Source: Phycisphaerae bacterium (lineage in GTDB: Bacteria > Planctomycetota > Phycisphaerae > UBA1845 > Fen-1342). From it: 64,000 nucleotides of DNA. The position numbers and the translations under genes were made by a program. The stretch lies in assembly GCA_050115495.1 (NCBI GenBank), contig JASFQK010000004.1:64001-128000 (forward strand), read 5' to 3'. The notes under the pieces are model-generated. The model searched no databases, had not been told where the DNA came from, and saw only the letters and a list, made by a program, of their open reading frames with translations. Below are positions 53,742-63,484 of this stretch, in pieces (within the stretch, counting starts at the first letter, position 1; each line of letters begins with the position of its first letter).

Positions 53742-56708
53742 GTGCTAGTCAAAACGGCCTCTTCCTGCCTCATTCTTTCCTTACTCGCTCTTGGATCCTC
53801 CTCGGCCCTGGCGGCTGTTCCGCCGGCGCCGGACGTGCTGACCGAATACAGCGCCGCGGACTGGGGTGCGGGGGCCCAGTACGCCACGGCGACGGTCACG
53901 GACGATACGTCGCGCGTGCACGCCGGCAGTGCCTCGGTTCATTTCAACACGGACGGCGGCTTCGACACGTGGGCGTGGGCTCCGGTCGGCTACAACGGCG
54001 ACTGGGATCTTCTCGCGGCCGGGGCGGTCGGCCCGTCGTTCTGGGTATACGCCGTCAACAACAACTCGGGCTTCCAGGGGCCTTCGCCCTGGATTCGCCT
54101 GTACACCAACGCCGGCGGCTACATCGAATACAGCCCTGACCACGACCTGCTCAACGATGCCCGCAATCAGTGGGTTGAGATCCGCGTGCCGCTCAACGGT
54201 GACGACACGTGGAGCCGCACGATCATGGGCGATCCCGACCTGAGCCACGTCAACTACATTGAGATTCACGGCGACACGTGGGAGGCCGGCTTCGACCTGT
54301 GGTTCGACGACCTGGCGTTCGATGTGCCGCTGGCGCCGCCGGGAGCGCTGCGTGCCATCGCGGGCAACGGTCGCGTCCAGCTCTCCTGGGAACCGTTCAA
54401 CGACATCCTCGGGCAGTTTGATCACTACGCCGTGTATCGCGAGACGGCGCCGTTCGATGACGTCACCAGCCTGACGCCGATCGACACGCTCAGCGGTCTC
54501 GGCACGACGAGCTACCTCGACGACACCGCCGTCAACGGCACCCATTACTACTACGCTGTCACGGCCGTTCTCGCGAGCGGGGCCGAGACGAGCGACGTCT
54601 TCGCCGTTGGCCCGCGCACGCCGCGGAACGAGACCGACTTGCAGATCGCCAGTCTGGCGCGTACGCCGCACTACCCCCGCTACCTGCCCAATTACACCTA
54701 CTACGAGGTGACCGAGCCGTCCGGCTTCGGCCCGTACGCCTTCACCGCGGCCACCTCGCTCGGCGGCGGCCAGAACGGCAGCACGCAGCGCTGGTCCGAC
54801 GTCGGCGATCCCGTGACCTACACCGCCAGTATCCGCAACCGCGGCACCAACATCGTCAGCGGCATGCTCTCCGGCACGTGGCGCGTCGACGGCGACGTGG
54901 TGGCCAGCCCGTCGCAGTCCGTGTCGCTCGACCCCGAAGACGTGGTGACGTTCACCTATGTGCTCAACTGGGATGACGAGCTGCACGACGTGACCTTCGC
55001 GATGGACGTGGACGACGCCCGCCCGGAGAACAACACGCTGACCATCAACACGAAGTCGGCCGGCTTCCTGACGTACGTGGACGTCGGTTTCGCTGAGGAC
55101 TTCCGCGAGCTGAGCACACCGGAATACCCGCAGGCGGTCACGGACGACATGATCGACTGGCTCCAGCGGCACGCGGCTCGCATGAACGAGATGTTCGTCG
55201 AGATGGGCAGCCTCAAGCGCGTGCACTATGACGTGCTGGAGATGATCGACGACCGGGCGGCCGACCCGACGATCGACCGCACACCGTTCGCGATCTTCCC
55301 GTTCCGCTATTACAGCGGCTCCCCGTCGTCCGATCCGCGCATTCCGAGCTACTACCACGCCGACGAGGACATCGACTACGGCCTGTGCCACGAGATGTCG
55401 CACCAGCTTGGCATGATTGACCTGTACCGGCTCGACCTGCCCGCCGAGCGGAACTACGTCTCGGGTGAGACGTACTGGGCCACCGACGGCCTCATGCGCA
55501 CGTGCGCCCCGTTCTATTCGCAGCACAGCGCCAACGCCATGAACCACTGGCTGAATACGGCCCACGGGTATTACGGGCAGTATCTCTACAGCCTGCCCGA
55601 GTACGTTGACCTCCGCATCGTCGGCACGGACGGCGAGCCGGTCGTCGGCGCCAACGTCCGCATGTACCAGAAGTGCGAGCGCCCCGGCCAGGGCGAGGTC
55701 ATCACCACGCAGATCAAGGCCCAGGGCGTCACCGGCGAAGATGGCATCTGGCGGCTGCCGAACGTTCCCATCGACTCCGGCATGGTGCCCACCACGTACG
55801 CCGGCGATCAGCTTCGCGACAACCCGTTCGGCTACGTGGCCGTGGTCGGCACCAACGGCCTGCTGCTCTTCCAGATCGAGTACCTCGACGTCGTCTCCTA
55901 CGCCTGGCTCGAAATCACCGAGGTCAACAACGCCTACTGGGCCGGCGACACTGATGTGGTCACCATCGAGCGCGAGATCCCCGTCGCCGGCGGCGTGCAG
56001 CATTTCCCGCCCGAGGACCTCACCGAGCTCAACGCCGTCAACTGGACCGGCTGGGCCCAGTATGTGCCCACCGGCCTCGATCTCTACGACGACACGTACG
56101 TCAAACAGGTCGGCGCCGCCTCGCTCAAGGTCGTCAGCACCGGCTACAGCGACAACGGCCTCCGCTATCCGGCGGGGATCATCGCCGATTGGGATCTCTC
56201 CCACGTCGAGACGATCCACTTCTGGGCGCGGGCCAGCGCGACGGGCTTCCAGAACTACAGCCCCTGGCTGCGCCTGGGCAACCTCGACGACGGCTACTAC
56301 CAGTACACGCCGACCTCGAACCCGCTCACGGCGGCGATCGGCCAATGGGTCGAGTTCGAGGTGCCCATTGCCGGCGACGCGACGTGGACGCGCACGGTCG
56401 GCGGCAACCCGTCGCTCAGCAGCATCAGCTACATCGAGCTGCACGCCGACCCGCAGGGCACCGGCTTCACGCTCTGGCTCGACGGCCTGTGCTTCTATCC
56501 GCAGCCGGGCTACGCGGTGGGCGATCTGAACTGCGACGGCATCGTGAACAACTTCGACATCAGCCCGTTCATCCTGGCCCTGACGAACGAGGCGGGTTAC
56601 GTCGACGCCTATCCGGATTGCGACCGCGACCTGGCGGACGTCAACGACGACGGCATCGTGAACAACTTCGACATCGCCCCGTTCATCGACCTGCTGTTGG
56701 GCAAGTAG
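53742..56708 (+). CDS. Secreted putative Zn-metallopeptidase with duplicated CBM-like domains, FnIII, CARDB-like and dockerin-like domains
   Basis: GAGGAG RBS and GTG start; HEMSH (55389-55403); FnIII GRVQLSW...YYYAVTAV; internal repeat; GDLNCDGIVNNFDI tail. Confidence 0.82.
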   Translation: MLVKTASSCLILSLLALGSSSALAAVPPAPDVLTEYSAADWGAGAQYATATVTDDTSRVHAGSASVHFNTDGGFDTWAWAPVGYNGDWDLLAAGAVGPSFWVYAVNNNSGFQGPSPWIRLYTNAGGYIEYSPDHDLLNDARNQWVEIRVPLNGDDTWSRTIMGDPDLSHVNYIEIHGDTWEAGFDLWFDDLAFDVPLAPPGALRAIAGNGRVQLSWEPFNDILGQFDHYAVYRETAPFDDVTSLTPIDTLSGLGTTSYLDDTAVNGTHYYYAVTAVLASGAETSDVFAVGPRTPRNETDLQIASLARTPHYPRYLPNYTYYEVTEPSGFGPYAFTAATSLGGGQNGSTQRWSDVGDPVTYTASIRNRGTNIVSGMLSGTWRVDGDVVASPSQSVSLDPEDVVTFTYVLNWDDELHDVTFAMDVDDARPENNTLTINTKSAGFLTYVDVGFAEDFRELSTPEYPQAVTDDMIDWLQRHAARMNEMFVEMGSLKRVHYDVLEMIDDRAADPTIDRTPFAIFPFRYYSGSPSSDPRIPSYYHADEDIDYGLCHEMSHQLGMIDLYRLDLPAERNYVSGETYWATDGLMRTCAPFYSQHSANAMNHWLNTAHGYYGQYLYSLPEYVDLRIVGTDGEPVVGANVRMYQKCERPGQGEVITTQIKAQGVTGEDGIWRLPNVPIDSGMVPTTYAGDQLRDNPFGYVAVVGTNGLLLFQIEYLDVVSYAWLEITEVNNAYWAGDTDVVTIEREIPVAGGVQHFPPEDLTELNAVNWTGWAQYVPTGLDLYDDTYVKQVGAASLKVVSTGYSDNGLRYPAGIIADWDLSHVETIHFWARASATGFQNYSPWLRLGNLDDGYYQYTPTSNPLTAAIGQWVEFEVPIAGDATWTRTVGGNPSLSSISYIELHADPQGTGFTLWLDGLCFYPQPGYAVGDLNCDGIVNNFDISPFILALTNEAGYVDAYPDCDRDLADVNDDGIVNNFDIAPFIDLLLGK

Positions 56709-56751
56709 GACGCCGGCACGCGCTGTAGCGTCTCCCGACCGGACAGTCTCT

Positions 56752-56827
56752 GTAGCGTCGGCCCCCCGTGGCCGACGTCGAATGCCGAACGCCGGTGTGG
56801 CATGCCCAAGCGCAGCGCGGGCATGTC
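56752..56827 (+). repeat. REP-like palindromes (GTAG-type plus GTGTGGCATGCCC type)
   Basis: GTAG-CGTCGGCC-ccccgt-GGCCGACG; GTGTGGCATGCCCAAGCGCAGCGCGGGCATG matches the reverse complement of 12331-12364. Confidence 0.65.
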
Positions 56828-56959
56828 GACCGTCGTTGCTGCGGGGCCCTCGCGCTTCACGCTCGCCCGAGTTATTGTTCCTTTCTCGCTAGATTTGCTT
56901 GACAGACTCGCCGATCACGCAAGAATGCCCCTGTCAACCTGGATGGCCAACTGGGAGGC

Positions 56960-57844
56960 GTGGCCGTGGGGCGCATTCCGAGCCTGATCGTTCGTTCTGC
57001 TGTTGGCGGTAGCCGGTCTCGGTCTATCGCGCGGGCCCGCGCGGCTCGTCGGCCGCCGGCGTTCACGTTGATCGAGCTGCTCGTGGTCGTGGCGATCATC
57101 GCCGTGCTGGTGTCCATTCTCCTGCCGGCGATGTCACAGGCGCGGCAGCAGGCCCGGGACGTCCGCTGTGGGACGTACGTACGGCAGTTGGGCCTGGGGA
57201 TGACCGCGTACCACAACGAGTATGACTGCTATCCGGCGCATCAGTGGCGGTTGCCGAACGACGTCCGCTGCCGCTGGTTCAACGCCATGGCCGACATTCT
57301 GTCCGGGCTCAAGGTGCAGGGCTGCCCCTCCGTCGCGGATTGGGAGGTCGGGCGGAACAACTCGTACGGCTACAACTACAAGTACATCGGCAGCGCCCGC
57401 GACAACGAGCTCAGCCCGAAGCATCCCTTCGAGAACTTCCCGGTCAAGGACGTCCACGCGCCGGCGATGACGATCGCCTTCGCCTGCTCCGACGGCACCG
57501 GTTGGAAGATCGAGCACGTCAACGGCGTCAAAAACGTGGACATGATCGGCAACCACGGCTACACGCTCGACCCGACGTACATCCCCACGTACAGCCTCGA
57601 AACGTACAGCGGGGGCGAGCTCGAACCTTATGCCTGGCACGACTACCGCACCTACATCTCCGACCGCCATCGCGGTGGCAGCAACGCCTGTTTCGCCGAT
57701 GGTCACGTGAGCCGTGTCCTGCCGCGCAAGGTGTACCGCGACAACGCCCTATGGAATGGTTGGGGCTGCGAAGACATCGAGCGTGACCCGCATGTGCCGT
57801 TCCGCTACATGGCCGGCGAGTTCCGCTACGTTATTGATGAGTGA
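56960..57844 (+). CDS. Prepilin-type N-terminal methylation domain protein (DUF1559/H-X9-DG type)
   Basis: [47 protein letters not shown]. Confidence 0.9.
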   Translation: MAVGRIPSLIVRSAVGGSRSRSIARARAARRPPAFTLIELLVVVAIIAVLVSILLPAMSQARQQARDVRCGTYVRQLGLGMTAYHNEYDCYPAHQWRLPNDVRCRWFNAMADILSGLKVQGCPSVADWEVGRNNSYGYNYKYIGSARDNELSPKHPFENFPVKDVHAPAMTIAFACSDGTGWKIEHVNGVKNVDMIGNHGYTLDPTYIPTYSLETYSGGELEPYAWHDYRTYISDRHRGGSNACFADGHVSRVLPRKVYRDNALWNGWGCEDIERDPHVPFRYMAGEFRYVIDE

Positions 57845-57979
57845 TCCATCGCGTCGCCTCGGCGTCTGCGGCCGTCCCTGCGGGACGCGTGACGCACAAT
57901 GCGCTTGAGGTGACGCTGCTCGGGGACTACATTGAAGCTGGCGAGGGCGAAGCGCCATTTATCAGCAGTGGGCCCCCGA

Positions 57980-60208
57980 ATGTGCCAGGATCACGCCGAG
58001 CCACGTGATAGCTCCGCCGCCGACGCGGCGCGGGCTCGTCTCGTCGACGACTACCTCGCCCGGCGGGCAGCCGGCGAGGTTATCGGCCCGGCCACCTTCA
58101 GCGCCGAACACCCCGACGCCGGGCCCGAGCTCGGCGATGCGCTGGCCATGCTTGACCATCTGCGCCCGCCGCCGGACCCGCTCGAACTGCTGCGCGGCCG
58201 CGGCGTGCTCCGCGATGCACCCGACTCGTCGTACCGGGCGTTTCTCGACGACTACGGCATCGTCGGCGTGCTCGGCCTGGGCGGCATGGGGATTGTGCTC
58301 GAAGGCTTCGACCCCTCCGTACAACGCCCCGTCGCCATCAAGCTGCTGCACCCGCTGTACGTCCACGAGCAGGCGGCCGTGGCCCGCTTCCGTCGAGAAG
58401 CGCTCGCCGCCGCCCGCCTCCAACATCCCAACATCGTGACGATTCACGCCGTCGGGCAAAGCGCGGGCGTGCCGTACATCGTCATGGAGTACGTTCCGGG
58501 CTCGGACCTGCGGCAGTTCCTGCGCGCCCACGGCCCGCTTGAGGCCGGTCCCGCCCGGCGTGTGTTCGCCGAGCTGCTCGCCGGCCTGGCCGCGGCCCAC
58601 GCCCAGCACATCATGCATCGCGACATCAAGCCCGCGAACATTCTGCTGACGCGTGCGGCCCTCGCTCGCCTCTCGCCGCAGGCGGACGCCTCTGCGTCGG
58701 GGCGCGAGCCCGACGGTCCGTGGGCGAAGATCGCCGACTTCGGCCTGGCCCGCTGCACGGGCGACCTGACGGCGATGACCGTTCCCGGCGCGTTGCTCGG
58801 CACGCCCGAGTGCATGAGCCCCGAGCAACTCCGCGGCGGCCAGGACGTCGACGAGCGCACGGACCTGTACTCCGCCGGCGTCGTTGCCTACCACATGCTG
58901 ACCGGTCGGCCGCCGTTCGAGGCCACGACCGTCGCCGGCATGTTACAGCGCGTCGTCAGCGAGGAGCCGCCGGCGGCAGCGGCCGTCAGCGCCGGCGCCG
59001 ATCCCGTGCTCAGCAGCATCGCCCGCCGACTGATGGCCCCCATGCCGGCGGACCGTTTCCCGTCGGCCGGTGCGGCGCTGGCGGCTCTGCGAGCGGAGCG
59101 TCCCGTACGTTACACCGGGCGCGGCGGATCGCGCCGTCGGCGACTGGTGCTGCTGGCCGTGCTTGTGGCGGTGGCGGCGGCCGCGCCGTTTCTGCTGCGC
59201 CCCGCAGCGGGCAGCGAGCGCATCCGCGCGTTGGATGTCGACGACGACACGCGCACGTTGCGTGTGTGGTATGGCCGGTCCACCACGCCCACCGTTCCGC
59301 CGGAGCTGCCGGCCACGTTTGAGCGGCTGCGGGCGGCGACACTGTTGGACGTCGATGGCCGCGGGACGCAGCGCATCGCCGTCGGCTCCCTCGACCCGTC
59401 GCGCCGCGAGCACGTCTTCCTGCTCGATACGCAAGGCCGGCCAACGCGCGGCCTGTTCCTCGGCCTCGTCGGCGACTGGCCCGGCTTTCGCCCTGATGAC
59501 CCGTGGGTCTGTCAGGGCCTGGCGGCCGGGCCGCTGGACGCCGAGCCGGGCAACGAGCTGATCGCGGCGACTTCACACGCGTCCAGCCAGCCCTCGCGCG
59601 TGGCCGTCATCGATCCGCGCACGGGCGAAGTCCGGGCCAGCTTCTGGCATCACGGTCACATCAACCGTGTAGTCTACTTGCACGATTTCTTCGGCGACGG
59701 GCAACCGGCGATCTTCGCCTGCGGCTGCACCGAGGAGCCGAACGAGTTCCCCTGCGCCGTCACCGAGCAGGAGCTGCGGACACGCTACGACTTCGTGTAC
59801 GCGTACATGATCCTCGATCCACGGACGATGGTTCCTGCCGAAGCGCCGCCGCCGATCGGGGCCGCCGTTCCGCCGCCCGGCCTGCACGCCTACGCGTTCC
59901 TGGACGTGCCGATTGACTTGACGGCGCATTCGCTGGCATCGGCCCCGGCCGCGACCGCCGAGGCCGACCCGCGGTTGCACCTCTCCACGTATACCGTTCT
60001 GCCGTCGATCGGGCCCGGTCCGGCGGGGCAGCTCATCCAGATCGGGCTGGAGGACCGCGACCACGAGGGCGTTGCTCTGCTGAAGGTCGACGGCAACTTC
60101 AGACTGGTTGAGGTGCAACTGGCCTCGGGGGCGAAGACGGTGGTCAGCGAAACGTTTCTCCGCGACCGCTGGCGCCGCCGCGTCCCGCCACCGACCGGCA
60201 GTGAATGA
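57980..60208 (+). CDS. Membrane Ser/Thr protein kinase (ECF-associated type) with extracytoplasmic domain
   Basis: LGLGGMGIV, VAIK, HRDIKPANIL, KIADFGLA, GTPECMSPEQ, TM after RRRR. Confidence 0.93.
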   Translation: MCQDHAEPRDSSAADAARARLVDDYLARRAAGEVIGPATFSAEHPDAGPELGDALAMLDHLRPPPDPLELLRGRGVLRDAPDSSYRAFLDDYGIVGVLGLGGMGIVLEGFDPSVQRPVAIKLLHPLYVHEQAAVARFRREALAAARLQHPNIVTIHAVGQSAGVPYIVMEYVPGSDLRQFLRAHGPLEAGPARRVFAELLAGLAAAHAQHIMHRDIKPANILLTRAALARLSPQADASASGREPDGPWAKIADFGLARCTGDLTAMTVPGALLGTPECMSPEQLRGGQDVDERTDLYSAGVVAYHMLTGRPPFEATTVAGMLQRVVSEEPPAAAAVSAGADPVLSSIARRLMAPMPADRFPSAGAALAALRAERPVRYTGRGGSRRRRLVLLAVLVAVAAAAPFLLRPAAGSERIRALDVDDDTRTLRVWYGRSTTPTVPPELPATFERLRAATLLDVDGRGTQRIAVGSLDPSRREHVFLLDTQGRPTRGLFLGLVGDWPGFRPDDPWVCQGLAAGPLDAEPGNELIAATSHASSQPSRVAVIDPRTGEVRASFWHHGHINRVVYLHDFFGDGQPAIFACGCTEEPNEFPCAVTEQELRTRYDFVYAYMILDPRTMVPAEAPPPIGAAVPPPGLHAYAFLDVPIDLTAHSLASAPAATAEADPRLHLSTYTVLPSIGPGPAGQLIQIGLEDRDHEGVALLKVDGNFRLVEVQLASGAKTVVSETFLRDRWRRRVPPPTGSE

Positions 60209-60237
60209 TCGGCGCGGCATCTCCACCGCAGATCACG

Positions 60238-60882
60238 TCAACTGGCGGATTGACCATCCGGCGCAGGTGGACCTGGACCCTTACCCACGTATGCCCGCAG
60301 CCTCTTCAAGGCCCGAAAGAGCAACATCGACACGGCGGGTCTGCTGAAGCCGAGACGCTCCGCCACATCCGCCGGCGACCGGCCTTCCATGATCCGCAGG
60401 CGGATCACCTCGCGATACGCTTCAGACAGGCGGGCAAGCGCGATGCGTACCTTCGCCCGCATTTCCTCCTGGGCCATGGCTCCGCTCGGCGTTGTCCCGC
60501 TGGACGTCAGCTTGGCCATGAGGTTACCGTGCGTGTCCGCGTGGCGGTTGCGGTCGATGTCGCGGCGCCGGCGGCGAAGGGCCCGCTGCATGTCGCGCAG
60601 CTTGTTCAGGGCGACCCGCTCCACCCAGCGCTGAAACGCCGCCGGCGAGACGTCACCCTGCGGCGACAGGCCGCCGGCGAACAACGCCGCGTAGGCATCC
60701 TGCAACACATCTTCAGCGTCGACGTAACGCCGGTAGCGCGCGCCGATGGCCTCGTCCACCAGCCGGCGCAAACGGGCGTGTTCACGCACGAGCAGGGTCT
60801 GAAGCGCATCCGCATCACCCGCGCAGGCGCGAGCCACCAACTCATTCGAGTCGTCAGGATTGGGTGGCGATACGCAATTCAT
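60238..60882 (-). CDS. ECF RNA polymerase sigma-70 factor
   Basis: LVARACAGDADA, DAEDVLQD, F.RW..RVALNKLRD, LARLSEAYREVIRLR..EGRSPADVAERLG.S..AVSMLLFRAL. Confidence 0.92.
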   Translation of the reverse strand: MNCVSPPNPDDSNELVARACAGDADALQTLLVREHARLRRLVDEAIGARYRRYVDAEDVLQDAYAALFAGGLSPQGDVSPAAFQRWVERVALNKLRDMQRALRRRRRDIDRNRHADTHGNLMAKLTSSGTTPSGAMAQEEMRAKVRIALARLSEAYREVIRLRIMEGRSPADVAERLGFSRPAVSMLLFRALKRLRAYVGKGPGPPAPDGQSAS

Positions 60883-60934
60883 ACGGGATTGATCTTAGAT
60901 GGAGGGAGGGTTCAGGACAACTGGGGCCCGGTTT

Positions 60935-62728
60935 TCACCCGCCAGCCTGCTCGAGCTGCACGGCCCGGCGGATCTGCACGTCGGCTTCCGCCGGTTGCCC
61001 CGTGTGGCGGAGGGCCTCCGCCCAGCGACGATGAAGCCCCGCGGCCCAACTGGCGAGCTGCGCCTCAGTCTCGTCGCCGGCCGGCCGGCCCGGCCCCAGC
61101 TCGTGCACGATCGGCGGGGCGAAGTGCAGCGCTTGCTCGAGGGTCCGCGCCGTTCGCGGCCAGTCGCCGGCCTCGCGAGCGGCCTGCTCCGCCGGCAGGT
61201 AGTAGATGTCCTCTGGCACGAGGTAGTCGACCGGCCGGATCGGTGTCTGGCCGTCCGGCGTGGGTCGGGCGATCCACAGCGCCAGCAACGCTACGGCGAC
61301 GATCGTCCCCGCCGCCGGCAGGAAACGCCGCAGACGCACCCAGCGGACCAGCTCGACCACGGCAAAGCCGGCAAACGGCAGCAGGACGGCGAGCAGGGGG
61401 GCGCGGAAACGCGAGATCACGTACAGGATGAGCAGGGCGAGGAGCAGCGTCAGCGCCATCAGGTGTAGCGGCCACGTCGTTCGCAGTCGGCGCAGGGCGA
61501 GCAGCGCCCCGGCCAGCCCCAGTGGCGCCACCAACGTGAACGATACCGCCGCCCAGCGCAGCACCGGCGCGTGCCACCGGAAGTAGTAGAAATTGACGTT
61601 ATTCGGCCGTTCGTACCAGTGCAGCGCCGCGGCCAGCTTGCCGCCGAGCAGCCGCACGTAGCTCCAGACGTTCGGATGGGTCGCCAGCGTCGTCCACACG
61701 GTGGGCAGGAAGTGGCCGTCGCTGTCGGCCATGATCCGCGGGGTATGCTCCCAGCTCACGAAGCCGCCGGCCATCGGCGGGTAATCGACGGTGTTGGCCA
61801 TGACGAAGGTGACGGCCCCTACGCTGTTGAAGGCGAAGGGAGACACGCCGACCGCGACGTTCCGGGCCACGGCCGGGGCGATGCCGAGCGCCACGCCGCC
61901 GAGCAAGGGCAGCAGGCAGCGACAGAGTGCCGCTGGTCGGCGCGCGTGGCCAACAATCAACACGCCGACCACGCCACCGGCGAACAGCACGAACGTCGCC
62001 CGCAGCAGCAGGGCCAGGCCGAGCGTGCTGCCGGTCAGCAGCCACCACGCCCAGTGCGAGCTGCGCGAAGCGCGATCGACCAGCAGCGCACTGACCAGCG
62101 CGAAAAAGACCGTCATCGTCGGACGCAGCAGCACCAGCTCATAGAAGAGCAGTGGGCCGCAGAAGACCGCCGCCAGACCGGCGATCCAGCCGGCGACGTC
62201 GCCGAACCAACGCCGGGCGAGCGTATAGATCAGGACGTTGTTGAGAATGCCGAGAATCGTCTGCACGACGAAGACGCAGCGCGGGTCCGGCCCGATCAGC
62301 CAGTAGATCGCGGCGATGAAATACGCGTAGAGGGGCTCCTGGTGGAACCGCTTGCCGCCGTACCAGTGGTCCCACAGGGCCCGGCCCTGCTCGGCGGTCA
62401 TGTCGCTCGTGCCGAAGTGGCTCTGGGCGATGGTGGCGTGCCAGTCGTGGTAGGGGTGCAGGGCGCGGCCGGTGAGCCAGTCGCCGGCGGCGATCGTGCG
62501 GGCCCACGTATCGAAGAAGTTCATGTCGCTCACGGCCCAGCGGTGGAGCCACACGCAGGGGCCTTCGTTGAGCTGGACGAAGTACACGGCGCGGACGGCC
62601 AGCGAGAGCAGCACAATCACCAGCAGGGCGAACCGGCCGGAGCGCCAGGCCGAGCGTGTCGCCGGTGGGGCAGGGGGGCCGGCGGGGCGGCTGGCAGGGC
62701 ACGGGGCTGGTGGGGCGTCTTGTTGCAT
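60935..62728 (-). CDS. GT-C membrane glycosyltransferase (ArnT/PMT, family 39-like) with C-terminal TPR-like tail
   Basis: SDMNFFDTWARTIAAGDW, FHQEPLYAYFIA, many TM helices, RFRAPL. Confidence 0.8.
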   Translation of the reverse strand: MQQDAPPAPCPASRPAGPPAPPATRSAWRSGRFALLVIVLLSLAVRAVYFVQLNEGPCVWLHRWAVSDMNFFDTWARTIAAGDWLTGRALHPYHDWHATIAQSHFGTSDMTAEQGRALWDHWYGGKRFHQEPLYAYFIAAIYWLIGPDPRCVFVVQTILGILNNVLIYTLARRWFGDVAGWIAGLAAVFCGPLLFYELVLLRPTMTVFFALVSALLVDRASRSSHWAWWLLTGSTLGLALLLRATFVLFAGGVVGVLIVGHARRPAALCRCLLPLLGGVALGIAPAVARNVAVGVSPFAFNSVGAVTFVMANTVDYPPMAGGFVSWEHTPRIMADSDGHFLPTVWTTLATHPNVWSYVRLLGGKLAAALHWYERPNNVNFYYFRWHAPVLRWAAVSFTLVAPLGLAGALLALRRLRTTWPLHLMALTLLLALLILYVISRFRAPLLAVLLPFAGFAVVELVRWVRLRRFLPAAGTIVAVALLALWIARPTPDGQTPIRPVDYLVPEDIYYLPAEQAAREAGDWPRTARTLEQALHFAPPIVHELGPGRPAGDETEAQLASWAAGLHRRWAEALRHTGQPAEADVQIRRAVQLEQAGG

Positions 62729-62910
62729 GTGTCGGCGGCGGCGCGCGTGGCGCGTGCGACGATTCTACGGTTGCGGGGGCACCGGGCAAACCGGGGCGGA
62801 GCGCTCCGCCGTACGAGCCGTCCGGTGGGCGACCGGGTTGACAGTCTGCCGCGGCGGTCCTAGCTTCCGGCTGTTTTCGGGCGAACAGGACCTTGCGCGA
62901 GAGTGAACAG

Positions 62911-63474
62911 GTGAAGCAAGTGGATCGGGCGAAATGGCGGGCGTCGGGGGTGAGCCTGGTGCTGGGGCTGTTGTGGGGCTGCGTGCCGCCGACCGGGCCG
63001 AATCCGACGCCTGGTACGCGCGCGAAGCCGGCGTCATCAGCGTCGCCGACATCGCAGCCGACGACCGCACCCGTACGGACCGAGGCACCGCCGCCGTCGG
63101 CGGCTCCCGCCGCTGCGCCAGCGACGGCCGCTAGCGAGGCACAAGCGGCCACCGCCGAGTCGCCCGCCAGTGAAGTGCAGCACCTGATCGCCCAGGCCGC
63201 GGAACTGCAATTCTCCAGCGAGCGGACGGAAGCGCTCTGTGCGCTCGCCCGTCGCTCGGACCTCACCGCCGCGGACGAGACGGCGCTGGTGGAGGCCGCC
63301 TGCGGCCTGGCCTTCAGCGAGCACGTCGCGTCGGTGTTTATCGCTCTTGCTGGCAATCCGCGGCTGACGCCCGAAGGCCGGGCGGTGATCCAGCGGCGGA
63401 TCGGCTGCGTCCGATTTGCGCAGCACCGCGAGCAGGTCATGGCGGCGCTGGAGGGGCACGGCGGGGTCCCTTAG
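62911..63474 (+). CDS. Hypothetical lipoprotein with Pro/Ala/Thr-rich linker
   Basis: LVLGLLWGC lipobox; start uncertain. Confidence 0.6.
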   Translation: MKQVDRAKWRASGVSLVLGLLWGCVPPTGPNPTPGTRAKPASSASPTSQPTTAPVRTEAPPPSAAPAAAPATAASEAQAATAESPASEVQHLIAQAAELQFSSERTEALCALARRSDLTAADETALVEAACGLAFSEHVASVFIALAGNPRLTPEGRAVIQRRIGCVRFAQHREQVMAALEGHGGVP

Positions 63475-63484
63475 AATGGCCGGC

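Noticed and set aside
60935..62728. Glycosyltransferase as part of the cytochrome island (cytochrome glycosylation)
   Set aside because: More than 12 kb away and separated by unrelated genes; no sequence evidence of linkage.
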